Shown here: positions 19,530 through 29,647 of the stretch, piece after piece
Layout: every line of letters begins with the position of its first letter
Numbering within the stretch: position 1 is the first letter of the stretch
NCBI GenBank assembly: GCA_902727905.1
Contig: CACVAR010000125.1
Span: 1 to 36,202 of the forward strand
Source of the DNA: an uncultured Sulfurovum sp.
GTDB lineage: Bacteria > Campylobacterota > Campylobacteria > Campylobacterales > Sulfurovaceae
Direction: 5' to 3'
Length of the DNA: 36,202 nucleotides
Notes under the pieces: generated by a model
The model's input: the letters and a program-made list of their open reading frames with translations, nothing else
What the model was told of the DNA's origin: nothing
Databases searched by the model: none
Made by a program: the position numbers and the translations under genes

Positions 19530-20870
19530 ATGAGTATGGAAAGAAGAGACTTATTCAAATTAGCAGGTGTTGCAGCAGCAGCAGCTGTAGTACCTGCAGT
19601 AGTTACAACAGAAGCTAAAGCAGCAGCGAAAACATCTGGAAAATCAGTTGTTATCATCGGTGGTGGTTGGGGTGGACTTACCATGGCTAAAGAAATTAAG
19701 AAACAAGATAAAACAGTTGAAGTAACTGTTATTGAGAAAAAAGATATTTTTATGTCTTGTCCTGTATCTAACCTTTACCTTGGTGGTTTAGAGAGTATGA
19801 CACTTGCTCAACTTACACATGATTATTATGCACCTGCACAAGCACATGGTTATAACTTTCATCAAGGTGAAGTTACAGCAATCGATAGAAAAGCTAAGAC
19901 TGTTACTACTACAACAGGTACTGTTTCTTATGATATTCTTGCGCTTTCTCCAGGTATTGCATATGATTACGAAAAACAATTCCCAACATGGGACGCAGCT
20001 AAAATTAATGCAGTAGCACATGCATGTCCAGCAGCTTTAATGCCAGGTTCAGAGCACCTTGCACTTAAAAGACAACTTGACAATATGGATGATGGTAACG
20101 TTATTATTGTTCCTCCAGCAAAAGGTAAGTTTAGATGTCCTCCAGCTCCATATGAGAGAACTGCGATGGTAGCTAACTACATGAAAAAAGAAGGAATCAA
20201 AGGTAAAGTTATCGTTCTTGATACAAGACCAGGTAAATTTGCAAAAGCTGCAGCATTTAAAGAGTCTTGGAATGATGCATTTGCTGATATTATTGACTAT
20301 AGAGGTGAAAGTACAGTTACTGATGTTGATACAGCAAAAAATACTATTACTTATACAGATGGTGCAGGTAAATCACATACAGAAGCGTACCAAGTATGTT
20401 CATTAATGCCAATTAACAAGTGTTCTCCAATCACAACTATGGCTGGAATTAAAACAAATGAAGCTGGTTATGCAGCAATGGATGGTTATACATTCCGTTC
20501 AGCATCTGATAAAAATGTTTATGTTATTGGTGATGCAGTTGGACATAAAATTCCACCATCAGGTCAAACAGCTATCTGGGGTGCTAAAAGAGCAGCAGGT
20601 CAAGTAGTTGCACAAATTAACGGTAAGAAAAGTGATCCAGTTGCTGGTCTTCCAGAAAAAGCAGCAAACGTATGTTACTCAATGGTAAATGGTGCTCCTG
20701 AAGAAGCAATTATGGTAACACACACATTCTCTGCTGATGCATCTGGTGTACTTAAAGGTAAAGGTGCTGTTCCAAAGCCTAAAGATGGAAATGGTAAATT
20801 TAGATCTGAAGGTGTTGGTAAAGCACTTCATGAGTGGTACAACGGTTCAATTAGAGAAATGTTCTCTTAG
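19530..20870 (+). CDS. fccB: Flavocytochrome c sulfide dehydrogenase flavoprotein subunit (FccB/SoxF-like)
   Basis: Tat signal MERRDLFK; GGGWGG; SCPVSN; RCPPAPYER; IGDA; NVCYS. Confidence 0.87.
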   Translation: MSMERRDLFKLAGVAAAAAVVPAVVTTEAKAAAKTSGKSVVIIGGGWGGLTMAKEIKKQDKTVEVTVIEKKDIFMSCPVSNLYLGGLESMTLAQLTHDYYAPAQAHGYNFHQGEVTAIDRKAKTVTTTTGTVSYDILALSPGIAYDYEKQFPTWDAAKINAVAHACPAALMPGSEHLALKRQLDNMDDGNVIIVPPAKGKFRCPPAPYERTAMVANYMKKEGIKGKVIVLDTRPGKFAKAAAFKESWNDAFADIIDYRGESTVTDVDTAKNTITYTDGAGKSHTEAYQVCSLMPINKCSPITTMAGIKTNEAGYAAMDGYTFRSASDKNVYVIGDAVGHKIPPSGQTAIWGAKRAAGQVVAQINGKKSDPVAGLPEKAANVCYSMVNGAPEEAIMVTHTFSADASGVLKGKGAVPKPKDGNGKFRSEGVGKALHEWYNGSIREMFS

Positions 20871-20894
20871 TAGTTGACTCCTTCATTATAATTT

Positions 20895-20930
20895 TGCACC
20901 TATCCTCAAATGGTAGGTGCAGTTTTTTAT
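20895..20930 (+). terminator. Intrinsic terminator
   Basis: TGCACCTATC-ctcaaat-GGTAGGTGCA stem (one G-U pair) followed by GTTTTTT. Confidence 0.75.
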
Positions 20931-21098
20931 CTGCATAACTCTTTTATCTTCGCACTTAAATTTATATACAACTTAGAAACAGTTTTTTACTACTGACTTT
21001 TCATATTAATATTAATATTTTTTTATTATTTTTCATTATTTTAAAGTGTGATATAATTATAAATTATGGGAGTAATAGAAATAATTTAGGAGACTTTT

Positions 21099-21341
21099 TT
21101 GAGTATTAATAAGAAAACACATGTAAGGGATGGTGAACGTAGGAAAAAACGTTTTATTGTACCAATAGTTTATTTTTTAGCTGAGGTTGTATTGTTATGG
21201 TTAGCATTATCATTAATTCAATTAGAGTTTTATTTAACAGACTGGAATGTTTGGGCTATTATTGTTTTTATTCTTGGAGCAGGTTATAGTATCGCGAAAA
21301 CAGTTAATGTTTTTCAGAGACAGAAAGATTATCAGGAATAA
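21099..21341 (+). CDS. Small two-TM membrane protein
   Basis: AGGAG RBS, TTG start, basic N-terminus, two hydrophobic helices. Confidence 0.7.
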   Translation: MSINKKTHVRDGERRKKRFIVPIVYFLAEVVLLWLALSLIQLEFYLTDWNVWAIIVFILGAGYSIAKTVNVFQRQKDYQE

Positions 21342-21357
21342 ATAGGTAGTAATTTAG

Positions 21358-21432
21358 TGGTGACCCCTAGGAGATTCGAACTCCTATAACATGGATGAAA
21401 ACCATGGATCCTAACCATTAGACGAAGGGGCC
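21358..21432 (-). tRNA. tRNA-Glu (TTC)
   Basis: Reverse complement GGCCCCT...CATGG-TT-TTC-AT-CCATG...AGGAG-TTCGAAT-CTCCT-AGGGGTC-A-CCA; 75-nt cloverleaf. Confidence 0.96.
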
Positions 21433-21462
21433 ACTAAATATTAAAAAGTTACAAGCTAGTAA

Positions 21463-21537
21463 TGGTGACCCCTAGGAGATTCGAACTCCTATAACATGGA
21501 TGAAAACCATGGATCCTAACCATTAGACGAAGGGGCC
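21463..21537 (-). tRNA. tRNA-Glu (TTC), identical second copy
   Basis: Same 75-nt sequence, 30-nt spacer between copies. Confidence 0.96.
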
Positions 21538-21639
21538 ATTAACAGCTTGTGGACGAAATTATAGCTAAGTATTCTTAAAATAATCTGAAGTAATGAGATA
21601 ATTAATTTGGTTATAATACGACAAAAACAAGGTCTTATT

Positions 21640-22122
21640 ATGTTTAAAAATATGCTACTTCTCTTCAGTATAATCTTTACCTTAAATAGTTGTTCAGGAA
21701 AAGAAGCAAAAAAGCAAGAGAGTGCTTTTATTGTTATGAAAACACCAACAGTTAAATTTGCTGATATGGGTTTCATTTATGATACCCCTTCTAAGGTAAA
21801 AGTAGAGGTATATACTGCTGGACAGCCTCTTGTTGACCTAGAAATTAATTCACAAAATATTTGTCTGTCTCTGATGAAATGTATGGATAAAAAAGACTTT
21901 AATAAAGAAGTTTTAAGTGAATCATATTCCGATACCCTTTTAGAAAATATTTTCCGTGGAAAACCAATTTTTGAAAAGAAAAACTTAGAAAAACAAGATA
22001 ATGGTTTTGTGCAAAAAATTAGCAAAGAGGGTCTTTATAATATATCTTATTCTGTGGTAAGTGGTAATAGAGTTTTTCGTGATACAATTAATAAAATCGT
22101 AATTAAAGTGAGAGAGCAATAA
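21640..22122 (+). CDS. Hypothetical lipoprotein
   Basis: Lipobox LNSC; start placed at ATG 21640 behind AAGG; TAATG overlap with nfo. Confidence 0.75.
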   Translation: MFKNMLLLFSIIFTLNSCSGKEAKKQESAFIVMKTPTVKFADMGFIYDTPSKVKVEVYTAGQPLVDLEINSQNICLSLMKCMDKKDFNKEVLSESYSDTLLENIFRGKPIFEKKNLEKQDNGFVQKISKEGLYNISYSVVSGNRVFRDTINKIVIKVREQ

Positions 22123-23012
22123 TGAAATTTGTAGGTGCACATGTAAGCGCAAGTGGTGGGGTGGATAACGCTCCTTTAAATGCTATGAAAATAGGGGCAA
22201 AAGCATTTGCTCTTTTTACTAAGAATCAACGTCAATGGGTAGCTAAACCTTTAGAAGAGAAGATGATAGAGAGTTTTAAAGCAAATCTTGAGAAGTCAGG
22301 TGTTTCTCCAAAACATGTTTTACCTCATGACAGTTACCTCATCAATCTTGGACATCCAGAAGTGGAAAAGTTAGAAAAGTCACGTGAAGCATTTATTGAT
22401 GAACTACAACGTTGTGAACAGTTAGGACTAGAGTTGTTAAATTTTCATCCAGGAAGTCATTTAGTGAAAGTAGGGAAGAGAGACCCTGATTATGATGACA
22501 AAATTATGGAAGCAGAATTGAACTGCTTAGATGTAATTGCTGAGTCATTAAACATTGCCATTGAGGCGACTAAAGGAATGAATGTTAAGTTAGTCATTGA
22601 AAATACAGCTGGTCAAGGAACAAACCTAGGTTATAAGTTTGAGCATTTAGCGCATATTATTAATAAAGTAGAAGACAAAAGTAGAGTAGGGGTTTGTTTA
22701 GATACTTGTCATACGTTTACGGGTGGTTATGACTTGCGTACGCGTGAAGCATATGATGCAACAATGAATGAGTTTGAACGTTTGGTTGGATTTGAATACT
22801 TATCTGCTATGCATATTAATGACTCTAAGCCAAAACTTGGATCTCGTGTTGACAGACATCATTCTCTAGGTGAAGGGGAGATAGGTTGGGACACTTTTAA
22901 GTTCATTATGAATGATGAGCGTATGAATGATATACCACTAGTACTTGAAACAATTGATGAAACAATTTGGGACAGAGAAATAGAAGCAATGTATGATATG
23001 GTAGAAGTATAA
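22122..23012 (+). CDS. nfo: Endonuclease IV
   Basis: [52 protein letters not shown]. Confidence 0.96.
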   Translation: MKFVGAHVSASGGVDNAPLNAMKIGAKAFALFTKNQRQWVAKPLEEKMIESFKANLEKSGVSPKHVLPHDSYLINLGHPEVEKLEKSREAFIDELQRCEQLGLELLNFHPGSHLVKVGKRDPDYDDKIMEAELNCLDVIAESLNIAIEATKGMNVKLVIENTAGQGTNLGYKFEHLAHIINKVEDKSRVGVCLDTCHTFTGGYDLRTREAYDATMNEFERLVGFEYLSAMHINDSKPKLGSRVDRHHSLGEGEIGWDTFKFIMNDERMNDIPLVLETIDETIWDREIEAMYDMVEV

Positions 23013-23032
23013 TTAAGGGTTTTAATATTTTT

Positions 23033-23059
23033 GAACTAATTAGTACATAAATACTAATT
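23033..23059. promoter_or_regulatory. Candidate operator upstream of the MMPL operon
   Basis: Palindrome ACTAATTAGT (23035-23044) overlapping inverted repeat AATTAGTA-N6-TACTAATT (23038-23059). Confidence 0.4.
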
Positions 23060-23123
23060 TACTAAACACAAGCTAAGCATTGAAGCAATACAATATTCAT
23101 TATTCAAATATAATGGAGTCTTA

Positions 23124-25523
23124 ATGCATCAAAAGTTAGAAAATTTAATGGGTCGATTTGGCTCATTTGTTCATGATAATCCTTTTAAAATTCTCTTGGT
23201 TTTAGTACTTCTTTTGGCTTTTCCTATTTCTCATCTTCCCCAAATCAAAATGGATACTTCAACCGAAGGTTTTATGCATGATGATGACCCCGTTCTTTTG
23301 ACCTATAATGAGTTTAGAGAACAGTTTGGTCGTGATGAACGTATTATTATTGCCATAGAAGATGAGAACATATTTTCGTTAGACTTTTTAACAAAATTAA
23401 AGAGTATGCATAAAGAGATAGAGTCTACCGTACCTTATCTTGATGATGTAACTTCACTTTACAATGTCCGAAACACAAGAGGTGAGGGTGACAAGCTTAT
23501 TACCGATGACTTGTTAGAGAATTTTCCTAAAACTGAACAAGAGTTAGCACAAATTAAAGAGCAAGCAATGGCTTCTCATTTTTATAAAGATTTACTCTTA
23601 AGTCAAGATGGAAAAATGACCACAATGGTTATTGAGACGGATGCGTATTCTCATGTAGGAGAACAAGAAGTCTCTGTAGAAGATGAATTTTCTGAAGGTT
23701 TTGGTGATGAGGCAACACAAAATACGGTAGTAGATAGAGGCTTTTTAAGTGACCAAGAGAATAAAGAACTTATTTCAGCACTTTATGGTGTTCTTGATAA
23801 ATATGAAGCCCAAGGTTTAAAAATGCATGTCGCTGGTTCCCCAGTGGTTAACAATGCGTTAAAAGCGCAGATGAGAGCTGACATGCAGAAGTTTATGCGT
23901 ATTACCTTTTTAATTATTTTAGTTTTTCTTTTCCTTGTCTTTAGACGTTTGTCTGCTGTTGTTTACCCTTTGCTGGTTATTGTCTTTTCATTAATGACTA
24001 CTATAGGATTAATGGCATGGAGTGGGGTGGCATTTAAGTTACCAACGCAAATTGTTCCTTCTTTACTGCTTGCTGTTTCAGTAGGGGCTACCGTACATAT
24101 TTTATCGGTCTTTTTTGACAGGTTTAATGCCAATGGTGACAAAAAAGAGGCACTATCATATACAATGGGGCATTCAGGTTTAGCCATTGCCATGACCTCT
24201 ATGACTACAGCCATTGGTATTGGTGCTTTTGCAGGTTCAGAAGTTGCACCCATCGCTGACTTGGGTCTTTTTGCAGCCATAGGGGTAATGGTCTCTTTAC
24301 TCTTAACATTAACACTTTTACCAGCACTTTTGAGTATTACGAAATTAAAAGCTAAAAAGAAAGTTGAAGCAGGGAAGATTGATAATCTGATGAAGCACTT
24401 GGCTGTTATTCCTGTGAAACACACGAAGAAAGTATTATTTGGTTCTTTTGCTGTGGTGATGCTGTCTTTTTTAGCTGCTAGCACTATTAAGCCTTCACAT
24501 AATCCTTTAACATGGTTTCAAGAGGGACATAAAAATCGTGTGGCAACCGATGCTATTGATACCCATATGAATGGTACGGTGACCATTGAAGTTGTGATTG
24601 ATACAGAAGAGGAAAATGGTTGGAAAAACCCTGAAAGACTTGCTAAACTCAATGAACTCTCTGAGACATTAAGTACCTATAAAGATGAGCATACCTATGT
24701 AGGAAAAGTTGTTTCTTTAGCTACGATTGTAAAAGAGACAAACCGTGCTTTAAATGAGAATCAAGAATCATTCTACACCATTCCTACAGATCAGAATTTA
24801 TTATCCCAAGAGTTACTTCTATTTGAAAACTCAGGTTCTGACGATTTGGAAGATGTGGTGGATTCACAGTTTTCTAAAGCAAGAATGACCATTAAACTTC
24901 CATGGGTAGGAGCCGTAGAGGCCTATGATGCTTTAGAGTATGTTAAACAGACCTGTGAAGCAACTTTTAAAGATGAAAAAGTATCAACCACAGGAATGAT
25001 GCCACTTCTTATTAATACTTTCTCTAATGCCGTGTATTCATCAGTAGAGAGTTATTTTATTGCAGCAATTGCTATTACTTTTATGATGATGTTGATTTTA
25101 GGTTCACTACGTTTAGGACTTATCAGTATGATACCAAACTTGGCACCTATTATTGTGGGTTTACTGGTTATGTACTTGATTGATGCTCCTTTAGATATGT
25201 TTACTTTACTTATTGGGTCTATTGCGATTGGATTGGCTGTCGATGATACCATTCACTTTATGCATAATTTTAAACGTTATTATTTACAGACAGGCGATAC
25301 TTTAAAAGCAATGGAGCAGACATTTTTTACGACAGGTAAGGCAATGCTCATTACTACCATTGTTCTCTCTTTAGGTTTCTTCTCTTATATGGCTGCTAAC
25401 ATGATTTCTGTACAAAACTTTGGTATCTTAACAGGGTCAGTCATTACGTTTGCATTACTATCTGATTTACTTTTAGCCCCTGCCTTAATGGTTCTTATGG
25501 CTAAACGTGGATGGATTAAATAA
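23124..25523 (+). CDS. MMPL/RND-family transporter
   Basis: Two repeats of a large periplasmic domain plus TM bundle; SIAIGLAVDDTIHF, TGKAMLITT. Confidence 0.9.
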   Translation: MHQKLENLMGRFGSFVHDNPFKILLVLVLLLAFPISHLPQIKMDTSTEGFMHDDDPVLLTYNEFREQFGRDERIIIAIEDENIFSLDFLTKLKSMHKEIESTVPYLDDVTSLYNVRNTRGEGDKLITDDLLENFPKTEQELAQIKEQAMASHFYKDLLLSQDGKMTTMVIETDAYSHVGEQEVSVEDEFSEGFGDEATQNTVVDRGFLSDQENKELISALYGVLDKYEAQGLKMHVAGSPVVNNALKAQMRADMQKFMRITFLIILVFLFLVFRRLSAVVYPLLVIVFSLMTTIGLMAWSGVAFKLPTQIVPSLLLAVSVGATVHILSVFFDRFNANGDKKEALSYTMGHSGLAIAMTSMTTAIGIGAFAGSEVAPIADLGLFAAIGVMVSLLLTLTLLPALLSITKLKAKKKVEAGKIDNLMKHLAVIPVKHTKKVLFGSFAVVMLSFLAASTIKPSHNPLTWFQEGHKNRVATDAIDTHMNGTVTIEVVIDTEEENGWKNPERLAKLNELSETLSTYKDEHTYVGKVVSLATIVKETNRALNENQESFYTIPTDQNLLSQELLLFENSGSDDLEDVVDSQFSKARMTIKLPWVGAVEAYDALEYVKQTCEATFKDEKVSTTGMMPLLINTFSNAVYSSVESYFIAAIAITFMMMLILGSLRLGLISMIPNLAPIIVGLLVMYLIDAPLDMFTLLIGSIAIGLAVDDTIHFMHNFKRYYLQTGDTLKAMEQTFFTTGKAMLITTIVLSLGFFSYMAANMISVQNFGILTGSVITFALLSDLLLAPALMVLMAKRGWIK

Positions 25524-25545
25524 ATTTAAATAAAGGATATACAAA

Positions 25546-26349
25546 ATGAAAGCACAAAAATTATTATTTTTACTGGGTGTTGGAGCAACCTTATTAACAA
25601 CAGCTCCTATTTTAGCAGATGATACAAAGGCAAGAGCCATTATGGAAAAAGTAGATGCCAGAGATGATGGTGATACTTTAGAACAAGATATGCTGATGCT
25701 ACTCATAGATAAAAATGGAGATGAGCGAACACGTGACTTAAAATCTTATGCTAAAGATTTTGGCGAAGATAGCCATAGAACCATGTTTTTTAAAAGCCCT
25801 TCAGATGTTAAAAATACAGCTTTTTTAACGTATGATTATGATGATTCAAGCAAAGATGATGACCAATGGTTATATTTACCAGCACTTAAAAAAGTAAAAA
25901 GAATTCCTTCGGCTGATAAAAGTTCAAGTTTTATGGGGTCTGATTTTTCATACTTTGATATGACAGACAGAGATTTAGAGAATTATGATTTTAAACTACT
26001 CAAAGAGACCAAAGTTTATGGACATGATGCATGGATGATTGAATCAATGCCTAGAAATCAAAAAGTGATTGATGAGTCAGGGTATGAAAAAAGCATTGCC
26101 ATCGTGAGAAAAGACAATCATATGGTGATTCGTGCCATTAACTTTATGACTAATGGTAAGAAAAAGTATTTAGACGTTAAGAAAATACGTGAAGAGAATG
26201 GTATTTGGTTAGTTGATGAGATGACCATGACGACTAAAAAGGGAAAACGTACCTTACATAAAACAGTTTTAACTTTCTCAAATGTAAGGTTAAACGGTAG
26301 CATTGATGACAACGTATTTACAACCAGACGGATAGAAAAAGGTCTATAA
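25546..26349 (+). CDS. Periplasmic LolA-like (outer-membrane lipoprotein-sorting) protein
   Basis: Signal peptide; FKSPSDVKNTAFL, DDQWLYLPALKKVKRI, SFMGSDFSYFD. Confidence 0.87.
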   Translation: MKAQKLLFLLGVGATLLTTAPILADDTKARAIMEKVDARDDGDTLEQDMLMLLIDKNGDERTRDLKSYAKDFGEDSHRTMFFKSPSDVKNTAFLTYDYDDSSKDDDQWLYLPALKKVKRIPSADKSSSFMGSDFSYFDMTDRDLENYDFKLLKETKVYGHDAWMIESMPRNQKVIDESGYEKSIAIVRKDNHMVIRAINFMTNGKKKYLDVKKIREENGIWLVDEMTMTTKKGKRTLHKTVLTFSNVRLNGSIDDNVFTTRRIEKGL

Positions 26350-26350
26350 A

Positions 26351-27766
26351 ATGTTTTGTAGCTGTAGGGTGTTGTCCCTGACAACACCATCAAGACCAAA
26401 ATTGGCATTTTTAGCAATGTTTTTAATGAGTTCATTGAATGCTGAAAACCTAGATGCACTCATGGATGGTTTTGATGAAGAACCCAAAGTAAAAACAGAA
26501 ATCAAAAAAGATGCTGTAGATGATATTATGGAAGGTTTTGATGATGAACCAATAAGTTCTTCTAAAAAAAACAATTCTAAAAAACCTAAAGTGAAAGAAG
26601 CACAAGGAGCGTTGACAGGTCGCATAACAGAACAAACAGCGTATGCCTATAGTAGTGAAACGCCTCATGACAACTTTTCTTCATTAAAAAGCTCACTACT
26701 TTTAGACTATGAGTATAAATTTGAAAACGGTTTTAAATTTAAAACCAATGCCAAAGCTTATTATGATGCTATTTATAGTTTGCGAGGACGTGAAAAATAT
26801 ACTAAAGATGAGTTGCATGAACTGGAAAGTGAAGTTGAACTTTTTGATGCTTATATAGAAGGCTCATTAGCCGATAACTTAGATATGAAATTGGGTAGAC
26901 AGGTGGTGGTTTGGGGTCGTTCAGATACCATTCGTATTACGGATGTTTTAAACCCTTTAGATAACCGTCGTCCTGGGATTGTTGATATTGAAGATTTACG
27001 GCTTCCTGTTGCCATGGCAAAGTTTGACTATTTTGTGGATGATTGGCGAATTACGCCTATGGCTATTCTTGAACAACGTTTCTCCAAAAATCCACCTGCT
27101 GGTTCAGTTTTTAATGCTTCAAGTACTTCTATACCTAATGATGAAAAGCATAATGATATTTTACCTGCATTAAGTATTGGGGCAGAGTTTTCAGGTTGGG
27201 ATGCAAACTTTTATGCAGCACAACTGCGTGATGATGCTGGTTATTTTGCTAATGGAAAACTGCAACATGACAAAGTCAATATGTTTGGAGCAGCGTTTAA
27301 TGTATTGAATGGTTCATGGTTATTAAAGTCTGAGCTGGCACATTTTGATGGCTTAAAATACACAACGACTCAGCAAAAAGAGTTTAAACGCTCTGATGGG
27401 CTTGTAGGCGTTGAGTACAATGGTATAGCAGACACACTTATTTCTTATGATGCTTCATTAAGAAAAATTCATGACTATGACAATAGATTAAAAAATGAAC
27501 GTTTTGAAGTGCAAGAAGATACCTATCAACACGCTTTTCGTGTTAGCTCTGACTTTATGAATGCAACGTTACATGCAAATTATCTAGTTTCGTTATTTGG
27601 TAAGAGTTTAGATAAGGGTGGTTTCCAAAGAGCATGGATAAAGTATGATATTGCTGATGCTATTTATGCGAATGTTGGTGTTATTGATTATTTGAGTGGT
27701 TCACAACAGTTTGATGCTATTGCTGATAATGATATGATTTTTTTGGATGTTTCGTATAGTTTTTAG
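26351..27766 (+). CDS. Outer-membrane beta-barrel protein (DUF1302-like); start uncertain
   Basis: Signal peptide ending SLNA; GRQVVVWG, DVLNPLD; C-terminal VSYSF beta-signal. Confidence 0.75.
   Translation: MFCSCRVLSLTTPSRPKLAFLAMFLMSSLNAENLDALMDGFDEEPKVKTEIKKDAVDDIMEGFDDEPISSSKKNNSKKPKVKEAQGALTGRITEQTAYAYSSETPHDNFSSLKSSLLLDYEYKFENGFKFKTNAKAYYDAIYSLRGREKYTKDELHELESEVELFDAYIEGSLADNLDMKLGRQVVVWGRSDTIRITDVLNPLDNRRPGIVDIEDLRLPVAMAKFDYFVDDWRITPMAILEQRFSKNPPAGSVFNASSTSIPNDEKHNDILPALSIGAEFSGWDANFYAAQLRDDAGYFANGKLQHDKVNMFGAAFNVLNGSWLLKSELAHFDGLKYTTTQQKEFKRSDGLVGVEYNGIADTLISYDASLRKIHDYDNRLKNERFEVQEDTYQHAFRVSSDFMNATLHANYLVSLFGKSLDKGGFQRAWIKYDIADAIYANVGVIDYLSGSQQFDAIADNDMIFLDVSYSF
26364..26388 (+). 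repeat. GTAG-family REP-like hairpin
   Basis: GTAG-GGTGTTGTC-CCT-GACAACACC: GTAG followed by a perfect 9-bp stem. Confidence 0.65.
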
Positions 27767-27841
27767 AATTTTTCGAGAGATGTAAAATGCTCTAAAGTTT
27801 TAACAAGTTTTCCTAAGTTATTATAACGTGAAGGGAAAAAA

Positions 27842-28255
27842 ATGACAAAATTTATATTACTTACAACGACATTAATGTTGCTGCTTGCTTGTGAAACAGG
27901 TGTTAAAAATCAAGGGGTGACCAATGAAACGGTCTCTTCTTATAGTGTGAACGGTGATAATGCTCGACAAAACTATAGTGTAGCTACACAAAAAAGCACT
28001 AACAAAATTTTTTCAAAATCAGAACAACCAGGTTACTATTTACAGTTGGATATGTTTGCGAAAAACAAACCAAATCAAGACTATTTAAAACCATTGGTTG
28101 ATGCTTCACTTAAACATGTGGTGTTAACTAAATGGAATAAACACTATGTTTTAATTGGTCCTTATATCTCTTATAACAGTGCAAAAAACAAGATTGCCTT
28201 GGTAAAATCAAAACTCAAAAAACAGACATTTGTTGTCCAAGTACTTCGACCATAA
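27842..28255 (+). CDS. SPOR-domain lipoprotein
   Basis: Lipobox LLAC; C-terminal YYLQL..F, VLIGPY.SY..A. Confidence 0.75.
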   Translation: MTKFILLTTTLMLLLACETGVKNQGVTNETVSSYSVNGDNARQNYSVATQKSTNKIFSKSEQPGYYLQLDMFAKNKPNQDYLKPLVDASLKHVVLTKWNKHYVLIGPYISYNSAKNKIALVKSKLKKQTFVVQVLRP

Positions 28256-28297
28256 AAACTAGGTATAATTCCAAAAAACATCATTTGGAGTTCTACT

Positions 28298-29614
28298 TTG
28301 TCACAAAAAAAATTACATCTTGTAAGCTTAGGCTGTACTAAAAATCTTGTCGACTCTGAGGTTATGTTGGGTCGACTTAGAGAGTATGAAATCTCTGACG
28401 ACTCTGAAGCTGCTGATGTAATTATTGTGAATACTTGTGGTTTTATTGATGCTGCTAAAGAAGAGAGCATCAACACCATTTTAAATCTTCATGATGTTAG
28501 AAAAGAGAACTCTCTACTTGTGGTTTCTGGTTGTTTAACAGAGCGTTACCAAGAAGAGCTACAAAAAGATTTACCTGAAGTGGACATTTTTACAGGTGTT
28601 GGTGACTATGAAAAGATAGACAAAATGATTGCTGAAAAAAGAGGGGTGTTTTCTCCTGCTGTCTACTTAGCAAATGAAAACTCTGACCGTGTTATTACTG
28701 GGTCGAATACCCATGCTTACATTAAAATCTCTGAAGGTTGTAATCAGACCTGTTCTTTTTGTGCCATTCCTTCGTTTAAAGGTAAATTACTTTCAAGAAC
28801 ATTAGAATCCATTGAGAAAGAGGTAAAAGCCTTAGTCGCTAAAGGTTTTTATGAGTTCTCGTTTATCTCTCAAGACTCATCAAGTTTTGGACGTGATTTA
28901 AAACTTAAAGATGGACTCGTTCATTTGGTTAAAACAGTTGAGGGCATAGAAGGAGTTAAAGTAGCAAGAATACTCTACCTTTACCCAAGCACCACCAGCT
29001 TTGAACTCATTGATACCATTGCTGATTCAAAGGTATTTGAAACCTATTATGACATGCCAATCCAACAGATAGATGATGGTGTCTTAAAAATGATGCGTCG
29101 TGGTTTTGGGGAAAAGAAAACCATTGAGTTACTTGAACATATGAAGTCTAAAAAAGATGCTTTCATAAGAACCTCTATTATTGCAGGTCACCCAGGTGAA
29201 AGTGATGAAGCTTTTGAGCGTGTTTGTGAGTTTATGAGAGATTTTAAATTCGATAGATTTAACGTTTTCTTCTACTCTAATGAAGAGACAACACCAGCTT
29301 TTACCATGCAACCTGTTGAAGAAGAGGTAATTGAAGAGCGTGTTGAAGTGCTTGAAGCAATTGCCAATGAGACCACAGAGTATTCTCTAAAGAATATGCT
29401 TGGAAAAACCATTCAGGTTATTTTAGAGGGTGAGAGTGATGAGCATGAGTATATTTTATCGGCTCGTCCAACGCTTTGGGCAAAAGATATTGATGGTGAT
29501 ATTTTGATTAATGATACTTCTGACCTAGAGATTTTGTATGGGGCGATGTATGAAGTGAAGATAACCGACTTTACTGGAGAGAGATTGCTTGGAACATTGA
29601 TTAAGCCTCTTTAG
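28298..29614 (+). CDS. rimO: Ribosomal protein S12 methylthiotransferase
   Basis: SLGCTKNLVDSE, NTCGFI..AKEES, CNQTCSFC radical SAM motif, C-terminal TRAM-like domain. Confidence 0.96.
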   Translation: MSQKKLHLVSLGCTKNLVDSEVMLGRLREYEISDDSEAADVIIVNTCGFIDAAKEESINTILNLHDVRKENSLLVVSGCLTERYQEELQKDLPEVDIFTGVGDYEKIDKMIAEKRGVFSPAVYLANENSDRVITGSNTHAYIKISEGCNQTCSFCAIPSFKGKLLSRTLESIEKEVKALVAKGFYEFSFISQDSSSFGRDLKLKDGLVHLVKTVEGIEGVKVARILYLYPSTTSFELIDTIADSKVFETYYDMPIQQIDDGVLKMMRRGFGEKKTIELLEHMKSKKDAFIRTSIIAGHPGESDEAFERVCEFMRDFKFDRFNVFFYSNEETTPAFTMQPVEEEVIEERVEVLEAIANETTEYSLKNMLGKTIQVILEGESDEHEYILSARPTLWAKDIDGDILINDTSDLEILYGAMYEVKITDFTGERLLGTLIKPL

Positions 29615-29647
29615 ATAAAATATCCCTATTCAGAAAGATAGGGAAAT

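Noticed and set aside
20931-21098. ncRNA in the AT-rich gap after fccB
   Set aside because: No stable structure or recognisable motif beyond the terminator and the next gene's promoter
21358-21537. 75-bp direct repeat with a 30-bp spacer as CRISPR array or att-site duplication
   Set aside because: Both copies are complete tRNA-Glu genes with CCA; no cas or integrase genes nearby
23963-24484. 173-aa antisense ORF within the MMPL gene, and other short overlapping ORFs in the track
   Set aside because: Shadow frames of well-supported genes with no recognisable motifs
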